Assembly (NCBI RefSeq): GCF_964228735.1
Contig: NZ_CAXRBQ010000158.1
Coordinates: 4,343-68,342 of the forward strand
Length of the DNA: 64,000 nt
Direction of reading: 5' to 3'
Origin: Pontibacterium sp.
Lineage (GTDB): Bacteria > Pseudomonadota > Gammaproteobacteria > Pseudomonadales > Balneatricaceae
Shown piece by piece: positions 61,873-64,000 of the stretch. Under the pieces are notes generated by a model, which was given only the letters and a program-made list of their open reading frames with translations, made no database searches and was not told where the DNA came from. Position numbers and translations under genes: made by a program. Each line of letters begins with the position of its first letter. The stretch's first letter is position 1.

Positions 61873-63105
61873 ATGAGCCCAATTACTTCTCTTGAAAAGA
61901 GCAAGATTAAAATTCTGCTGCTGGAAGGTGTGCACCAGTCTGCCGTTGATACCCTCAACGCGCAAGGCTACAGCAACATTGAATACCTGAAAGGCGCCCT
62001 GCCTGAAGAAGAACTGATCGAAAAGATCAAAGACGTTCACTTCATCGGTATTCGTTCCCGCAGTCAGCTGACAGAAAAAGTATTCGACGCAGCCGAAAAA
62101 CTGGTTGCTGTGGGTTGTTTCTGCATTGGCACCAACCAGGTGAACCTGGCCGCAGCCACAGAGCGCGGTGTAGCAGTATTTAATGCCCCATACTCCAACA
62201 CCCGTTCCGTAGCTGAGCTGGTACTGGCAGAAGCGATCCTGCTGCTGCGTGGCGTTGCCGAGAAGAACGCTAAAGCGCACCGTGGTGAGTGGCAGAAATC
62301 CGCTGTAAAATCCTACGAAATCCGTGGCAAAAAGCTGGGCATCGTGGGTTACGGCAGCATCGGTTCCCAGTTGAGTGTTCTGGCTGAATCTCTGGGTATG
62401 GAAGTTTTCTTCTACGATGTTGTTACCAAACTGCCTCTGGGTAACGCATCTCAGGTAGCGTCCATGCAGGAGCTGCTGAACATGTGTGACGTGATCTCTC
62501 TGCACGTTCCAGAAACAGCATCCACCAAGGACCTGATGGGCGAAGAAGAGTTCTCTCAGATGAAAGAGGGTTCTATCTTCCTGAACGCCGCTCGCGGCAC
62601 CGTCGTAGACATCGACGCCCTGTGTGGCGCGCTGGCTTCCGGTCGCCTGCTAGGTGCTGCGGTTGACGTATTCCCGGTTGAGCCACGCACCAACAAGGAT
62701 GAGTTCATCTCTCCTCTGCGTGAATTCGACAACGTGATCCTGACCCCACACGTGGGTGGTTCCACTATGGAAGCACAGGAAAACATCGGTTACGAAGTGG
62801 CTGAAAAGCTGGCCAAGTACAGCGACAACGGTACCTCCATCACTTCCGTGAACTTCCCGGAAGTAGCGCTGCCGGAACACGCAAACGCGCACCGTTTGCT
62901 GCACGTTCACCGCAACGTACCGGGCGTACTGACTGCGATCAACACCATCTTCTCCGAGAACAACATCAACATCTCTGGTCAGTACCTGCAGACCAACGAC
63001 AAGGTGGGTTATGTTGTAATCGACGTGGAAGCTGAACGCTCCCAGATCGCGATCGATAAGATCCGAGAGGTTGAAGGTACCATCCGCGTACGTCGCCTGT
63101 TCTGA
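61873..63105 (+). CDS. serA: D-3-phosphoglycerate dehydrogenase
   Basis: KILLLEGVHQSAV, the NAD fold GIVGYGSIGSQ, catalytic HVGGST and a C-terminal ACT domain. Length is 410 aa. Confidence 0.95.
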   Translation: MSPITSLEKSKIKILLLEGVHQSAVDTLNAQGYSNIEYLKGALPEEELIEKIKDVHFIGIRSRSQLTEKVFDAAEKLVAVGCFCIGTNQVNLAAATERGVAVFNAPYSNTRSVAELVLAEAILLLRGVAEKNAKAHRGEWQKSAVKSYEIRGKKLGIVGYGSIGSQLSVLAESLGMEVFFYDVVTKLPLGNASQVASMQELLNMCDVISLHVPETASTKDLMGEEEFSQMKEGSIFLNAARGTVVDIDALCGALASGRLLGAAVDVFPVEPRTNKDEFISPLREFDNVILTPHVGGSTMEAQENIGYEVAEKLAKYSDNGTSITSVNFPEVALPEHANAHRLLHVHRNVPGVLTAINTIFSENNINISGQYLQTNDKVGYVVIDVEAERSQIAIDKIREVEGTIRVRRLF

Positions 63106-63283
63106 TCCCGCACCTCAATGAGCAGCCCTCCCGGGCTGCTCATGCTTCCTCCTTCCCGCACGACTATACTTTTCACAGGCATTCACTGTTCTCCGACGCC
63201 CAGTTGGACGCTCAGTTCGGACCCGACAAGTCCGTTGCTGAAACTCCGTGATTAACCCTCCCCGTCATAGCAGGAGGTTTGTT

Positions 63284-63718
63284 ATGAACAACACTTGGGT
63301 ACTCGTGGCCGATAAAGGCCATGCTCGCTTCTTTTCCGTGGATGGCCCGACCAGTCCTTTGATCGAGGAAGAAGACCTGATCCATCAGCAAAGCAGGATG
63401 CGTGAACGCGAACTGATCAGCGATTCTCCCGGTAAGAGTTCCGGTGTCGCCGGAATGGGGCGCCACCCTATGACCAAAGAGAACGAAGCGCGCAATCAGG
63501 AGGCAATTCACTTTGCCCGCGAGATCAGCGATAAACTCGCCGATGCTCAGCAGCAAGGACTCAGAAAGCTGTATGTTGTCAGCGATCCGGGATTTCTCGG
63601 TACCCTCCGTCGGAAAATGCCTAGCCAGCTGCGCCGTCTGGTAACTGCAGAGATCGATAAAAACCTGGCAGGTCTGGCCACTGACGAAATCAGGCAACAT
63701 CTGCCCCGATACTTATAA
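63284..63718 (+). CDS. host-attachment-protein family protein
   Basis: AGGAGG SD lies 6 nt before the ATG at 63284. WVLVADKGHARFF, FAREISDKL, LYVVSDPGFLGTLRRKM and IDKNLAG match the family pattern as I remember it. Confidence 0.6.
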   Translation: MNNTWVLVADKGHARFFSVDGPTSPLIEEEDLIHQQSRMRERELISDSPGKSSGVAGMGRHPMTKENEARNQEAIHFAREISDKLADAQQQGLRKLYVVSDPGFLGTLRRKMPSQLRRLVTAEIDKNLAGLATDEIRQHLPRYL

Positions 63719-63772
63719 ATAGAAACGGCAATTAAAAAGAAACTCGCCTGCGTCAGAGAACAGTGATCCGCC

Positions 63773-64000
63773 CTACCCCGATACCTCGGCCGGACTTTCC
63801 AGCAAGCCTGACAGTACCTGGTCAATCACCGCAAATGCCTGATTCCGATATTTCGGACTTTCATTTACCAAGTGGTGACGTGCACCTTCGATCAGCTCTA
63901 CCTTCAGCTGTGGATAAGCCCGCATCAACACCCGCAGGTTGTGGTGCCAGTCCACCGTGCCGTCACTCATCCCCTGAATACAGGTCACAGCCCCCAAGCG
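63773..64000 (-). CDS. alpha/beta-hydrolase fold protein, C-terminal part (5' end outside window)
   Basis: C-terminal GxxDxxV ... catalytic-His region (EGARHHLVNESP). The ORF is open to the window edge. Confidence 0.45.
   Translation of the reverse strand, partial: RLGAVTCIQGMSDGTVDWHHNLRVLMRAYPQLKVELIEGARHHLVNESPKYRNQAFAVIDQVLSGLLESPAEVSG

Overview
This window is a moderately GC-rich gammaproteobacterial core-chromosome segment, densely coded with no rRNA, tRNA, CRISPR, IS or prophage content that I can see. As I recall P. aeruginosa PAO1, gene order closely follows it: hemE-gltDB-(ExeA/SPOR)-aroBK-pilQPONM / ponA-malic enzyme-nuclease-rpmE / priA ... SPOR protein-hslVU-DUF971 ... ubiE-ubiJ, and a PilZ protein next to radA. 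Other blocks are:
- pomAB (Vibrio-type stator) / xseB-ispA-dxs
- ribA
- a PhoPQ-like two-component system preceded by a PepSY gene
- the nrdR-ribD-ribE-ribB(X)-ribH-nusB-thiL-pgpA operon
- glyA, an Hsp20 gene, ettA, metY, can
- an MCP
- hemJ, a FAH-family gene, MFS/LysR, ppnP and serA

Most of the window is ordinary housekeeping DNA. The least explained signals are:
1. Four small signal-peptide proteins (two paralogue pairs, at 11.3-11.7 kb and 21.6-22.3 kb) have no recognisable family. Their three promoters share one architecture: an 18-nt direct repeat [C/G]TTTCAG-N4-GTTTCAG, exactly 10 nt, then a TAnnnT hexamer. The repeat resembles a PhoP box, and a PepSY-PhoP-PhoQ-like locus lies next to the first pair. 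I propose a small exported-peptide regulon.
2. A 272-bp element bounded by inverted repeats, with nested near-perfect hairpins, sits exactly between a good sigma-32 promoter and the hslV start codon. It could be a MITE or a structured leader.
3. A stand-alone FliG C-terminal-domain-like protein sits just downstream of hemJ, and ubiB is missing after ubiE-ubiJ.
4. The Dxs protein lacks about 30 residues of the mobile segment found in E. coli.
5. A ROSE-like SD-sequestering hairpin lies upstream of the Hsp20 gene.

All functional calls rest on motif or remembered-sequence recognition and synteny. No database search was possible.
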